Source: Chiloscyllium plagiosum (lineage: Eukaryota). From it: DNA of 64,000 nucleotides. Positions 1-13,869 of this stretch are shown in pieces (within the stretch, counting starts at the first letter, position 1; every line of letters starts with the position of its first letter). A model generated the notes under the pieces. The model had not been told where the DNA came from and did not search any database. It was given only the letters and a program-made list of their open reading frames with translations. The stretch covers positions 32,713,948 to 32,777,947 of the forward strand of contig NC_057719.1 in the NCBI RefSeq assembly GCF_004010195.1, written 5' to 3'. A program made the translations under genes and the position numbers.

Positions 1-710
1 GCTCAAGGGCGGAGGAGCGGGAAGTGGAGGAGATGTGGTGGAGGGCATCATCGACCACGTCTGAGGGGAAGTTGCGGTCTTTGAAGAAGGACACCATCTG
101 GGTTGTTCGGTATTGGAATTGACCCTCCTGGGAGCAGTTGCAGCCCAGGCGAAGGAATTGGAAATATGGATGGCGTTTTTACAGGGGGCAAGGTGGGAGG
201 AAATGTAATCTAGGCAGCTGTGGGAGTCAGTCGGTTTATAGAAAATGTCCGTGTTGAGTCGGTCGCCCAAGATAGAAATGGAGAGGTCTCGGAAGGGGAG
301 GGAGGATTCTGAAACGGTCCAGGTGAATTTGAGGTCGAGGTGGAAGGTGTTAGTAAAGTGGATGAAATGTTCAAAAGCCTCGTGGGAGCACGAGGTAGCG
401 CTGATACAGTCATCGATGTAGCGGAGGAAAAGGTGGGGGTGGTGCCAGTGTAGCTGCGGTAGGCCAGTGTCCGGCCTATCACGGTCACCCCCACCTCCTT
501 CCACCTATCACATTCCCAATGCCTCTCCCCCAAGTCCCTCCTCCTACCTTTTATCTTAACCTGCTTGGCACACCTTCCTCATTCCTGAAGAAGGGCCTAT
601 GCCCGAAACGTCGATTCTCCTGCTCTTTGGAGGCTCCTGACCTGCTGCGCTTTTCTCCTGCTCCTTGGATGCTGCCTGACCTGCTGCGCTTTTCCAGCAA
701 CACATTTTCA
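1..710 (-). mobile_element. Penelope-like element fragment: RT on the minus strand (1-460) joined to an inverted terminal repeat (pLTR, about 470-710, plus strand)
   Basis: Minus-strand translation RYIDDCISATSCSHEAFEHFIHFTNTFHLDLKFTWTVSESSLPFRDLSISILGDRLNTDIFYKPTDSHSCLDY has the YIDD and YKPTD motifs of PLE reverse transcriptases. The adjacent repeat matches the pLTR seen at 33234 and 50365. Confidence 0.88.
581..616 (+). ncRNA. Minimal hammerhead-ribozyme-like core in a Penelope pLTR
   Basis: CTGAAGA (585-591), stem II GGGC-ctat-GCCC, then GAAACGTC (605-612) with a palindromic ACGT in place of helix III. Helix I is weak. Confidence 0.6.
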
Positions 711-765
711 GCGCTGGTGTGAATATTAGCCCAAGCCTGAATGCTGTCCAGGTTTTGCTGCAAAA

Positions 766-1686
766 TGTAAAGACTGTACATCTGTATTTTTCTGAACTGA
801 AAGGGGAAAAGAGCTGTACTAAAAGCCAAAGATTGTTGAAGGAAAACTGAACATTATAAAAGCAAGTTACCTGATAATTATTGTCAGTGTTGTTTATACA
901 GCTGTTAGTTCAGACAGTGGGGAAAGCCTAGTTGTGGACAAGTTGGAGCCAGGGGATGGTGCACAAATAGAAACTTGGCCAGCAATAGGTAGCTGCTGGG
1001 TCTGTGAAGTGGTGACCAGTTACTGCTGGCAAAGGTCTCTTGCCTGGCTAAAACTATGTGCTGGCTGAACAGCCTGGGGACTGAATGTTCAGGTCAGAAC
1101 CCATTTGACCTCCAAAACAGAAAGATCAATTGTTTCTCCGCAGGAACAGGCAACTCCTGTTTGAAGAGAATCAATTCATTCTCCTCATCAGTTGCTGTAA
1201 GCTGTGATTTGTAACTAATCAGTCAGGGATCTTTATAAATGCAATCCAGGTACCCTGTATCTTCTGCAAACAAGTGAAAATATCTGAAGAAGGAAGATTG
1301 AGAGGTAGAATTCTGATCAATGAAGATTCACCTCAGCAAAGTCTGTGTACACAAGCCACTGTACTACCTCCCCAGTCTTTCCATCTGCTCATAATATCCA
1401 TTTTTGTGTTTGTTTCTGTCTGTAAGTGTGCATAGAGGGGGTGCTTTATAAGTGGGTTGGAGTTTTAACTGGTAGAGTTATCTTTGATGGTCGAATATTG
1501 ATTAGCCACAGTTACAGTCTATTTGTTTGTAATAAATAGTAATTCTTGTTTAGAATAGAAACCTGGTCTGTGCTGACTGTCAATGTGAATCTAAAATGTA
1601 GATAAATTAGAGAATTCTGTACACTCAGTAAAGTGTTTAACTTTATTGATAACTCTGAGAATAGAAGGGCTTGGTTTTCAGTAACA
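766..1686 (+). mobile_element. Probable solo LTR inserted in an L2/CR1-group LINE
   Basis: TG...CA termini (tgtaa...taaca) and an internal AATAAA near 1531. The LINE sequence breaks at about 765 and resumes at about 1690. No clear TSD. Confidence 0.45.
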
Positions 1687-2067
1687 ATGAGAACATGGAC
1701 TGCTTCAGTATCTGAGGTGTTGCAGTAGATGCTAAATGTTTTACTATCATTGGGAAACAGTCCCCACTTCTGACCTTATGTTGAAGGGAAAATTGTTGTT
1801 GAAGCTACAACAGATGATTGGTTCCAGGACACTATCATAGTGAGCTCCCTCAACAATGTCCAGGGATGATTGCCTTCCAATGACCATATCCATCTTCCTT
1901 TGCACACTTCCAAGGTGTGACTCCTGTCAATAGAGTTTCCCCTTGATTTCCATTGAATCCAGTTTTGCTGTAGCTCCTTAATGCCATATTTGATCAAATG
2001 CTGCCTGATGTCAATAGGTAATCACTCTAACTCACCTCTTGAGTTCAGGTCTTACTTTAATCTTTGA

Positions 2068-2386
2068 GTTAGGTTAGGTTAGGTTACATTACAGCGTGGA
2101 AACAGGCCCTTCGGCCCAACAAGTCCACACCGACCCGCCGAAGCGCAACCCACCCATGCCCCTACATTTACCCCTTACCTAACACTACGGGCAATTTAGC
2201 ATGGCCAATTCACCTGACCTGCACATCTTTGGACTGTGGGAGGAAACCGGAGCACCCGGAGGAAACCCATGCAGACACAGGGAGAACGTGCAAACTCCAG
2301 ACAGTCAGTCGCCTGAGGCGGGAATTGAACCCGGGTCTCAGGCGCTGTGAGGCGACAGTGCTAACCACTGTGCCACTGTGCCTCCC
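2068..2386 (-). mobile_element. tRNA-derived V-SINE (HE1-like), young full-length copy
   Basis: Near-exact reverse complement of 7695-8010. A/B boxes, V-core gtgggtttcctccgggtgctccggtttcctccc and a (taacc)n tail. Confidence 0.88.
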
Positions 2387-3369
2387 ACTAGAGTTTACTA
2401 GAGTTAAGGCTAGAATGTAGTGTGGAGCTGAATGGCCCTGGTGGAATGCAAACGGAGCATCAGTGAGCAAGTTGTTACTGAACTGCTGCTGCTTCAAAGC
2501 ACTGTTGATGATCACTTCCATAACTTTGTTGATGTTTGAGAGGAAGGTGATGGAGCAGTAATTAGCTGGATTGGATTCATCCTGCTTTTTGCACATAGGA
2601 CATGCCTAGGCCATTTTCCACTGAGCAGATGTTCGTGTCATTGCTGTATTGGAACAGCCTGATGAGAAAATGTGACTAGTTCAGGAACACATCTTCAGTA
2701 ATATTGCCAGAATGTCATCAGGGACCACAACCTTTGCAGTATCCAGTTACGTCTGCTGTTTCTTATGACAGGTGGAGTGAATTGAATTGATTGAAGACCA
2801 ATATCCATGATACTAGGTAAGCTCAGGAGGGTTAAAAATGTACCATCTGTTCAGCACTTCTGGCTGAAGATGGCTACAAATGTTTCAGCCTTGTCTTTTA
2901 CACTGATATGTGGGATTCCTCCTCCTCCTCCAGTGAGTTGCTTAATTGTCCATGATCATTCACAACTAGATGTGGCAGGACTGCAGAATTTATATCTGAT
3001 GTATTGGTCATAGGATTTCTTCAGCAGGTTTTTTACATGCTGCTTATCCTGTTTAGCATACGAGTCATCCTGTAACTTCACTAGGTTGACATCTCCATTT
3101 TGTGTACGCCTGGTGCTGTCCCTGATGTTCTCCTGTCTCTTCAGAGAAGTAGCATTGGTCTCATTAACTTGATGGTAATGGTAGCTTGGGGTATTGCCAG
3201 GGCAATGAGTTTATAGTTTGAGTTTTTCCCTAATTCTGCTGCTGATGGCCGATAGCACCTAATGGATGGCCAACGTTGAGTTGGTGGATCTGTTTGAAAT
3301 CTATCCATTCAGTATACTGGTAGTGCCACCCAACACACTGGAAGTATCTTTGATGTGAAGGCAGAGGTA

Positions 3370-3500
3370 AGCCTACCATAACTGTCATAGACAGATACGT
3401 CCACAACAAGAAGTGAGCCTACCATGACTGTCATAGACAGATACGTCCACAACAAGAAGTGAGCCTACCATAACTGTCATAGACAGATACGTCCAAAATA
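3370..3500. repeat. 46-bp tandem repeat, about 2.8 copies
   Basis: Unit agcctaccataactgtcatagacagatacgtccacaacaagaagtg starts at 3370, 3416 and 3462. Confidence 0.92.
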
Positions 3501-3878
3501 AGTAGATCTGGAAGGTCAAGGTCAATTAGTCTTTTCTTTCTTGTTGGTTCCCTCAGCATCTGCTGAAAATCCAATCTAGCAGCTTTGTCCTTTTGGACTC
3601 AGCCAGCTTGGTCAGTGATAGTGTAACTGGTGATGAACATTGAAGGCCACCCATCCAGTGTACGTTCTGTGCCCTTTCCACCAACAGTGTTTCTTCGAAT
3701 TGGTTTTCAAGAGACAGCAGCACTGATTGAGTGAGTGGGTTTGAGTGTGGGTAGGAATGGTGTTGGTGGATCAGTGACAGGAGGCAATAATGAGTAAGTT
3801 TTTTTGTTCATAACTGACCTCATGGGTTTTGAGGACTTCAAGTACAACATTATAATGATTTTGTACCACTGTGCCACC

Positions 3879-4428
3879 TGTGACAAAGCTGCTCCTTTAA
3901 CAAGGTTATGTTGTCCTTGGTTATTTTCTCAGAGAGGTCAGAAAAGACACAGGCTCCGAAAAGTCTCAGTTGAAGGGTTTTTGAGCCAGTTTGATTATAA
4001 CGAACAGATATTGCCTCAGGCAAGAGGCTTCCAAGATTTTGAAAAAAAAACTTGTACAATGAAAGGGGACTGGCCAGCTCTCCCAGCTCGGCTTTACTCT
4101 GGTTTGGTTTGGATTTTAGTAGGAGTGTGAAAAAGCTACTGGACCCCAAAAAAGCAGCTTCAGGCTGATACTCTCTCTCTCTGACCTCTCTCCTATAAGA
4201 CCCTGTGTTTGATTTTACCTTTTGTGCCAAGGGGTATTTATGGGGATTGCTGCAAGTATTGGGAACAGCATCATTAAGTTGGGATAGTCTGTTGGGTTTT
4301 TGGATCGATTACATTATTCATTACTCTGTTCTCTTTTGTTTGTGTTTCATTCGGTAATCTTTTAAATAAATACCATTTTGTTTCAAACTATGTGGTTTGA
4401 CCAACTGCATCTTTCCTGGAATATCCGT
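3879..4428 (+). mobile_element. LTR-like repeat, partial, same family as 25499-26096
   Basis: Starts TGTGA and shares blocks (cctgtgttt...gccaagggg, tttgtttgtgtttca, tttgacca.ctgcatc, cctggaatatcc) with the reverse complement of 25499-26096. Confidence 0.6.
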
Positions 4429-6229
4429 ATTGGGTATCCTGGCAATGTTGGTAAGGCAGCAGCAGAGGAGCCGGGAAGTTCTTAGGCATCGGTTGGACCT
4501 GGAATAGGAACAAACTGTGGGCCGGAGACCAGAACATCTTCCAGAAACCCCAGAAACTGCAAGAAAACCTGGAACCGTGCTTGACAGGAAAGACTCAAAG
4601 TTTAATATTATTTCTTATGTTTCTGCCTTTGTATTTTTCTGTCAATTAAACAGAAGATGAAGCTCTATTTGAGTAATTTCTTTTTATTCATTTTGTAGTC
4701 TAAAATGGTGCCGGATTGTGGCAACAAAGCACTCTTCATCGTATTTTCCCAAATACATGTGACAATAAAAGTCATTCATTCAGAATCATTCAGCTTGCAT
4801 GGTGGGATTTGAACCTGAAGCATTAGCATAAACCTTTGGATCAATAGTCGAATGACATCATCATTGTGCAACTGCATCGCACTTGCCTCCAGATCTTTGG
4901 GATCCAGGCAACTGAAGGCACAGTCATCAATGGTGGAGCAGTTAAAGTAAGGAATGCTGAAGAGGCAAGCATGAGAAGCATAGATATATTGGAAGCTTGT
5001 AGGACTGGAAGAGATTATAGAGATAGAGGAAAGATCATGGAAGGATGTGAAAACAAGATGGAAACTTTAAAATCAGTATATTGTTTGATCAGGAGCCAAT
5101 GTAGGTCAGTGAATGTAGGGGTACCAACAAACATATGAGGAAAGGTCAACAGTACGATGTTCTGCCCCTTGACACTGATCTGCCATTCAATAAGATTATG
5201 CCTGATCAGATTGTAATCTCAAACCGCATTCCTGCCTACCCTGGTAACATTTCACCCATCTTGCTGTTCACTATTGACTTCTAGTATTTAAGGAGATAGT
5301 CTCATGCTATCACATAGATGCACACAGATTTTGTTTTAACCATACAACAGATTCATTAAGCATAAGGAAGTGAAGATAAAATGGAGGAAAACAATTTATG
5401 TGTTACTTAAATTCAAAGAGTTTTAAACAATTAATAAATCATTAACCCCAAAACACTTCTTCCAAATTTAAGATAAAACCTTGAGTAGTGCACAGCTGTG
5501 ACTTTTGTACAGTACCAACATCTGAATCCTTTTCTCTAACACATCAATAGGTTTAAGGTAATCTGTCTTTAACCTGGAACCTCTAATAAGTTATTCCTTG
5601 AGCTTTCTTTAAACAAACTCACCTTCAAGTCCTTTTTTCAGAATTTATCACCACACATCCAGTCTGGATTATCACTAAAACATTGCTCTAAAATAATCTA
5701 CTTGCCACCCACCTCTTTCTCTCAGACAAATCTCGCCTTTCTAATTTTATATTTTCAGAGAGATTTTCAAATTTTGTTGCCTCCCTCGGTGCAGCACACC
5801 CAGGAAGACATTAGCAGTTTCCAATTGATGGGGAATCACCACTTGATCTGATGCTTGCAGCCAGTAGCTGTGATGCTGGCATAGAGTTCGGATCTGCACG
5901 CATTGAATCAAATGGAAATAAAAAAAGCAAAGCCAAGGAGGAAAAGATTGGTTGTCTGCCAGTTCAGCAGAGCATAAGGTTGCAGACAGGAAATCCTGCC
6001 AAGGACTTAGATGACAGTCATGATGGGACAGCACACTGGAAACTATTGATGAGCATGCACACTAAGATCCTGGGTATATTGACAGGACCCCAGCCCCAAA
6101 CTGGTAGAGGACATCATGTAGAGCTTGCCCTTGTTGCAGTCCCCCCAATGATCAACTTCCTCTGGCCTTGCGCCATTTGCAACCTGTTTGTGGGCTGGTT
6201 TCCTGATCCTCAACTCTCCCCGTCAGATA

Positions 6230-7245
6230 CAGAAATAGTCACTTCAAAGAATCTCCAAGGACCTGATCTAGTGTATCCCAGGACATTGTGGGACATTGGG
6301 GATAAAATATTTGCATCATCTATAATTACAGGTGATGTGCTGGAGAACTGGAGAGTGGCTAATGCTGGGATGTAAGGAGAAGCCTGGGAACTATTGACCT
6401 GTGAGTCTGACTTTGGTGGTAGGTAAGTCATTGATGGTGGTTTTGAACAAGAGGATTGATGTACATTTGGAGAGGCAAAGACTGATTAGGGATAGTCGGC
6501 ATGGTTTTGTATGAGGCAAATCATGTCTCACAAACTTGATTGAGTTTTTTGAGGAAGTAACTAAGAAGATTGATGAGGCAGAGCAGTAGATATTGTTTAC
6601 TTGGAGTTTAGTAAAGTCTTTGACAAAGTTGCGCATGTAAACTAATCAGTAAAGTTAGATCACATGGGAGTCAGGAAAAGCTTGCTAATTGGATACAAAA
6701 TTGGTTTAAAGGCAGGAGATAGAGAGTGATAGTGGAGGGTTGTGTTTTTGGACTGGAGGCCTGTTACCACTGGTGTTCCACAGGAATCGATGCTGGGTCT
6801 ACTTTTGATTGTCATTCATATAAATGATTTAGATGTGAATATAGAAGATATGGTTAGTAAGTTTGTGGATGATGGCAAAATTGATGGTATAGTGGATGGT
6901 AAAGAAAGTTATCTCAGATTACAAAGAGATCCTGACCAATTATATCAAAGGGCTAGGAGAAAGTGAGGACTGCAGATGCTGGATCAGAGTCAAAACGTGT
7001 GGTGTTGGAAAGCACAGCAGATCAGGCAGCATCTGCGGAGCAGGAGAGTTGATGTTTCAAACATAAGGCCTTCATCAGGAATGTGGGGGGTGGGGGGAGA
7101 GATAAAAAAGAAGGGTGGAGGTTAGGGTAGGGGTGAAGGTAGCTGGGAAGGTGATAGGTAGATGCATGTCAGGGGTGATTGTGATAGGTTGGTGGGGAGG
7201 TCAAAGGGCTGAAGAGTGGCAAATCAAGTTTAATTTGGAGAAATG
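6230..7245 (+). mobile_element. CR1 LINE RT fragment interrupted by a Penelope pLTR
   Basis: WRPVTTGVPQESMLGLLLIVIHINDLD...SKFVDD, a decayed CR1 RT with the QGSVLGP and FADD motifs. Confidence 0.85.
6955..7200 (-). mobile_element. Penelope pLTR insertion with 10-bp TSD
   Basis: Direct repeat tcaaagggct at 6945-6954 and 7201-7210 flanks the pLTR sequence. Confidence 0.8.
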
Positions 7246-7249
7246 CAAG

Positions 7250-9890
7250 TCTCGTAATTTCAGGTTAAACATGGGCAAGGAAACCTCCTGCTGGTTACCA
7301 TGTACTGCTGTTCCTCTGTTGTGATTTGGTACTCCTCCATATTGAAACACATTTGGAGGAAGCACTGAGGGTGGCAAAATGTACTCTGTGTGAGCGATTT
7401 CAATGACCATTGGCAGCAACATTACTGATCAAGATGGTTGGGTCTTAAAGGACGTAATTGTTAGACTTCGGCTGCGGCAGGTGGTGAGGGAACCAACAAA
7501 AAGGAAAATCATACTTGACCTCATCCTTACCAATCTGCCAGCTGTAGACGCATCTGTCCATGACATTAACAGTAAGAGTGATCACTGCACAGTTCTTGTG
7601 GAGACAAAGTCCCACTTTCACACTGAGAATACCCTTCATCATTTTGTGTGGCACTATCACCACGGTAAATGGGAATGAATTCAAACACCACAACGGGCGG
7701 CACGGTGGCACAGTGGTTAGCACTGCTGCCTCGCAGCGCCAGAGACCTGGGTTCAATTCCCGCCTCAGGCGACTGACTGTGTGGAGTTTGTACGTTCTCC
7801 CCGTGTCTGCGTGGGTTTCCTCCGGGTGCTCCGGTTTCCTCCCACAGTCCAAAGATGTGCAGGTCAGGTGAATTGGCCATGCTAAATTGCCCGTAGTGTT
7901 AGGTAAGGGGTAAATGTAGGGGCATGGGTGGGTTGCGCTTTGGCGGGGCGGTGTGGACTTGTTGGGTCGAAGGGCCTGTTTCCACACTGTAAGTAATCTA
8001 ATCTAATCTAAAAAAAACACTGGGTGTCTATGAAGCACAGTCAGTCATCAGCAACAGCAGAACTGTATCCCAGCACAATCTGTAACCTTACAGCCCCCAG
8101 CATATCCCCCACTTAATCATTACTATCAAGCCAGGGGAACAACCCTGGTTCATTGGAGAGTGCAGAAGGGCATGCCAAGAACAGCAGTAGGCATATCTAA
8201 AAATCAGGTACAAACATGTTGAAGCTACCAATAAGCATAATCAGGAAGTGACAGACAAGGCTTAGTGATCCCACAATCAACAGACCAGTTCTAAGCTCTG
8301 CCATCTTGCCATATCCAATTGGTGAATGGTGGTGAACAATTAAACAGCTTAGTGGAGGAGTTGAATGGAAATTTTCCAATCCTCAATGATTGAAGAGCCC
8401 AGCATATCAGGGCAAAAGATAAGCCTAAAGCTCTTGCAACAATCTTCAGCCAGAAGTGCCATCCTGACCTCCTCCAGTGGTCCTTAGGATTACATAAACC
8501 ATTCTTCAGCCAATTTGATTCACTCCATGAGATAACAAGACATGATTGGAGGAATTGGATACTGCAAAGTCTATGGGCCCTGACAACATTCCAGCAAAAG
8601 TACAGCAGACTTGTGCTCCAGAACTTGCTGCTCCGCTAGTCAAGCTCTTCTAGTAAATTGTAACACTGGCATCTACACTAGCAGCTCCTGACCTAATTAC
8701 AGCCTTGGTTCAAATACGAATAAAACAATTGAATTCTCGAGGTGAGCTGAAATGACAGCCTTTTATATTATTACTGCATCCGATCGAGTGTGACATCAAG
8801 TCAACTTAGCAAAACTGGAATCAATGGCTATTAGGAGTCAAAGTCTCCAGTGGTTGGAGTCATACCTAGCATATACGAAGATGGTTGTCGTTGTTGGAGG
8901 TCTGTCATCTCAGTGCAGGATATTCTGCAGGAGTTGCTCAGAATGGTGTCTGTAGGTTAACCATCTCCAACTGTTTCATCAACTACCTTCTTTTCACCAA
9001 AGGTCAGAAGTGAGGATGTTTACCAATGGTTCAGTACCACTTGCAACTCTCCAGACACTGCACAAATTCAACAGGATTTGGACAATATCCAGGCTTGGGT
9101 TGACAAGTGGCAAGTAACATTTGCACCACACAAATGCCAGGCATAACCATCTATGAAAAGAGACAATCTAATCATTGTGCCTTGACAGTGAATGGCAGTC
9201 CCATCACTGAATTACTCACTACCAACATCCAGGGGGTTACCATTGACCAAAACCTCATCTGGACTCACCACATAAAGACAGTGGCTACAAGAGCAGATCA
9301 AAGGCTAGGAATGATATGGTGAGTATGCCACATCCTGACTCCTCAAAGCCTGCCCACCATCTACAAGGCACAAGTCTGTGTAATTGAAGAAGTGCGATGA
9401 AATACTCCCCACTTACCTGGATAGCTGCAGTTCTAACAATATTTAAAAAGCTTGACACCATCCAGACAAAGCAGCCCACTTGATTGGCACCACATCCACA
9501 AACATCCACTTCCTCCACCACTGATGCTCAGTAGTAGCAATCTGTACTATTTACAAGGTGCACTGCAGAAACTCACCAAAGATCCTTAGCACCTTATAAA
9601 ACACCAACCACTTCCACCTTGAAGGACAAGGCCAGCAGATATATGAGAACACCATCACCTCCAAGTTTCCCTCCAAACCACTCAGCATCCTGACTTGAAA
9701 TATATTGCTATTCCTTTACTATTGCTGTGTCAAAATCTTGGATTTCCCTCCCCAAGGGCATTGTGGATCTACCATGAGGACTGCAATGATTCAAGAAAGC
9801 AGTTCACCACCACCTTCTCAAGGATAATTAGGGACAGGCAATAAAGGCTGGCCAGCCATTGACACCCATGAGCCATGAATGAACAAAAAA
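7250..9890 (+). mobile_element. Decayed L2/CR1-group LINE (EN, RT and 3' end) with a nested SINE
   Basis: EN motif LRQVVREPTKRKIILDLILTN, RT remnants, and the 3' tail ggcaataaaggctggccagcc...atgaatgaacaaaaaa. Confidence 0.8.
7695..8010 (+). mobile_element. tRNA-derived V-SINE (HE1-like), full length
   Basis: A box tggcacagtgg, B box gggttcaattccc, V-domain core, CR1-type tail gggcctgtttccacactgta and (tctaa)n. Confidence 0.9.
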
Positions 9891-12800
9891 AAATCTATTT
9901 GTGTTGTTTACATAAATGCTGGGTTATTTCTGACTTAACATACCTACCATATATTTGGACCAGTGGATAACTATTAAACAATTTTTGATCAATCTAATTT
10001 TGAAAACCAATTAGCAATAATTCTAATTAACATTAAAAAGTACACAGTTAAAAGTTTAAGTGTTATTGACTCAAGGAAGATAGCTAAGCTGGAAGTGTCA
10101 TGAAGTGGAAGTAATATCTGCAGAGGCACAGTTATTACCTTGTGATGTTTCAATTATCTTATTTTAATGATGTATATAAATTCATTTTCAGTGCACTGCA
10201 CATTGGGGCCAATGACAGTAATATCTTCACATTCTGTTGTTATTTCACTGGATGTTGAGCAGAGATATCTCTTGACCCGTGATACTTGAGGTTACAGCAG
10301 CAAATAGGAGAAGCTCCAAGGAATGTTCCAGCAATATCTCTTGCAAGCTTGTTCCTTGAGATTTCATCAAGCTTCATTGCACAATGAGCCTAAAACAAAA
10401 CAGAGCTGAGCCATGCACTGCATTCACTCACCATCATTTCGTCTTTTGGAATCAGTTTGACTTCAGCTTTGACTAATGAATTGGATCCCAGACTCCTCTA
10501 CTTCATAGCTTTAAGAGTTTCTTGCCAAATCGGCTTGGGGTCATTCCATCCGATTAGTTGATAGTAAAACATACCCAAAGAACAGAGAGCCTTGCTCTGA
10601 GAGGCTGTCATCTGATACAAGAAACTGAAAAGTTCTGTGTGAACTTTTGGCTATAGCCTGTTTGTTAGACAGCAAAGGGAGTGTTATCCTGCTTACAGCC
10701 AATGCTATACCTGAACTGAGAGCAGTAGATGTGGAAATTGGGTTTCAAAATCTGAATTATTGCACTTCCTGTCACAGATTTTACTTGTCTTGTAAATTAA
10801 GTAGCCATTAAGAAGCATATGGAATGAGCCAGCAGAGAAACAATACTAAAATATATAAAAATAAATTATAATTCTTCGTAACTGCTTAATATTAATTGTG
10901 TCAAGTTAGTGAGCTGTTATTTTCTAAATTTACGTGAAGCAAAGGCGATTTTCAAAGGTAATAGAAACTGTTCCATTTATGCTGAAAAAAAGTTTAAATC
11001 TACTATCTGTTAATAGTCAATTCATCTTCATGCAAGGATAATAATTATATGACAAATGCTTTTTAATAATATAAATCACAATTGTTCTTCCCTGTTTATG
11101 TGATACACATAGCAAAGGAGCTAATTGTGAACTTGTCTACACTCTATTTCTAACACTTCAATGCTGGGCTTCCCAAACTCTAGCTTGCAGCTTCCAGTTC
11201 AAAGCCACTTTAAATCCCTTTGTCCCACCTCAATCTCATACCTCCCTAAGTCCCAAGTCCCAGAGCTCTCATTGTGAGGTCCTGGCTATTTTAAAACCTT
11301 GGAATGAATTCACAGTGGAAAAATATTTGGGAAGTGCTACTTTTTCAATGTGCCTTTTCCAGTCATCAATTCTATATAATGCAAAATACATTAAATAGAA
11401 ACAGGTGGTCAGATGTGTGTCTTAATAAATACAGCTATGCACTGGATGTGGTGAATCTTAAGGCAGTGTTAGAAAAAATAAGAATTACCTGCATGACTGA
11501 TGATGAAAATGACAGCTACTTTACAAATATCCTCTCTCTGAAAGGTGTGCTCTAATCGTGAGTAAAGTTAAACAGATAATTACACAGAAATGTGCAGCTA
11601 AGACTGATCATTGGTACATTTGATTATATAAGTAGCCATTCATTTCCAAATGCACTTCAGCAAAGCTGGCTAAAAAAAATGCATGCAACACCATATCACC
11701 ATTCGTGTGTGAATCCAAATATAGTTACAAATGTTGAAATGAGTTGTTCATAGCTCACAAACATAAAATAGATCCCAGAGCCATTGTATTTACTTCACAG
11801 CTGTCTACCTTTAGAGCATATGGATGAGGTTAGCAGTCTGTGCTCTTAGTCACAGCTCACCATTCAGTAAAAGCCACAAGGATTAACAAAATACCACACA
11901 CTTGCCATTGTTAAAATCTAGGTAATTAAATGAAATTGAAGTGATTACTGTAAAGATTAGGTTTGGAATACCTTGAGACACATTTTGAACTAAATGACAC
12001 AAGTTATTAGGCTACACATACCTTTACCATGTTATATTTGTTAATGACGCTGAGATAAAATGCTGTTAGATTGTTCTTACACACTAATTCTGAGAGGCAA
12101 AAATTGCCACACACTAAAATAAGTAAAAATATATGTTTTTCAGCAGCAATAGTAACTGTTACATTTAGTAGTTCTCACTGTGAAAACAATGAAAGCAGCA
12201 GTTATTAACTTTTGGGAGCACTTTCGGTTACAAATGGAGAATGATAATACTTAGAAGCTTTTACAAATATTGAGTATGTTTGTATGAGCTGTAGTGTCTC
12301 TTATAACTCTAATGTTATCCCTTTGTATACATCTAAATTCAGCTTTGTTGAATTTGTCAACATAGGAAAGAAAGATTCAGTGCAAAATGCTGAAATACAT
12401 GCCCCATCCTTAATATAATGCAGCAACTTGAGATTTTTCCATCTAAGTTGAGAACTCTGCATTTTTTAAATAGAAATTCACAACAGTTGTGCTTGGGTTT
12501 TTCAACGAAGAGATTTAAAAGTCCCACAATATATTGAGGTGTTAGTAAGACTAAATGAAATCTATCAAAAGATAATTTCACTGCAAAAATATTGTTTTTA
12601 TCTTCAAGTGGTCAAAATGGGCTTTTCCACTTTTATATCTTCTTCCTTAAGCTTATACCTTTAACAACAGTCTTGGGATGACATAAAGATGTGTTTTCTT
12701 GATGAACAGCAAGGCTGCAGGGAACAGCAAGCTTTATCACTTTGGGGTTTAACGTAAACACGTTTTGCCGCTCAAACCACTCTGGAAAGATGACGATGAC

Positions 12801-13869
12801 AATGATGAGACAGAGGAGATCCTCACTTGTGGATGGGATCTGGTTCGAAACCTTCAAAAGGTGCAGTGCATTCTGGTCTAATTTTTATAATTGCCCACTC
12901 TCATCCTCCACTTTAGAAAACATAGTGCCTGCAACATTGCAGCATCCTTTTCAAGTGGGCACACTTCGAGTTTACATTGATCAATCACAAGTGAATGAGG
13001 CTGTTTTCTTTCCTCAATGCAGTTCGCTGGCTTTAAAATTCAAATCAAATTGCTATGACATTGGGAGAAATCATTCAAAAATTCAAACAAGAGACAATAC
13101 GTTTGTAAAGTTTTACAGTTTTTAATACAGGTGTATAAATGGCCTGAGAAAAGTGATAACTGCAACTTCAATGTTACTACTTGCAGTGGTCCACACCAAC
13201 TGGAAATCAAATGAAAGACTGTACAAAAAAAAACATGGTATTGTATTTGTATCAGTTGTCATTTTTGTCATCAGCTGCTTCTGCTTGAAATTTGTAAGTC
13301 TCTTGTGGCTAATTCTAGATCGAGAACAGAAAAAAGGTTTATTTTTCTATTAGAAAAGCAGACAGAAAAATATTTGAAGTGAGCCAGATCTACAACACAA
13401 AGATAACAGGAAATTTTCTTTTCCTAAAATTATTAGCCTATTTAAACAAGGAGGCCAGTGATGATTATTGCAATTGCTCAATAAAAAATACTATTACTTC
13501 AGCTCAATTTGTGAATTTGGTAAACTAAACAATGTTTTTAGTCAAAAACAGCAAATGGGAATGATAGACGAGAGTCAAGTGAACAGTTGGATTCAGGGCA
13601 ATAAGAAACTTGCCATTTCACAATGAATCAGGCTGTGATATAAAGAAAAAAATGAGATTAAATAACACAAGAATAGATTTTGAGAAAGGATTCAGAGAAA
13701 TCCACATCAAATGCAACATATCAGGGCTGAGGATGGCTGTGGGAATGAGCAAATGAATTCAAGCAGAAAGAATATAACTTTGCAAGTTTAAGGGCGTAGT
13801 AGAATCTCATTAGATCTCCCTTTTAATTAAAATCTCCCAGTCGAGCAATCAGACATGCAATAAGTCACA

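Larger units (their letters stand above)
1687..3790 (-). mobile_element. Decayed L2/CR1-group LINE (RT region) interrupted by a SINE
   Basis: ORF 2210-2596(-) begins KKQDESNPANYCSITFLSNINKVME (RT start). Reverse-complement similar to the LINE at 7250-9890. Confidence 0.75.

Noticed and set aside
3370..3500. CRISPR-like array
   Set aside because: Contiguous tandem units without unique spacers, in vertebrate DNA inside a LINE.
7695..7770. tRNA gene
   Set aside because: The A and B boxes belong to a SINE head that continues into the V core and LINE-derived tail.
12633..13353. Short ORFs in the repeat-free region
   Set aside because: No recognisable motifs or consistent exon structure. Compatible with chance ORFs in UTR or flank.
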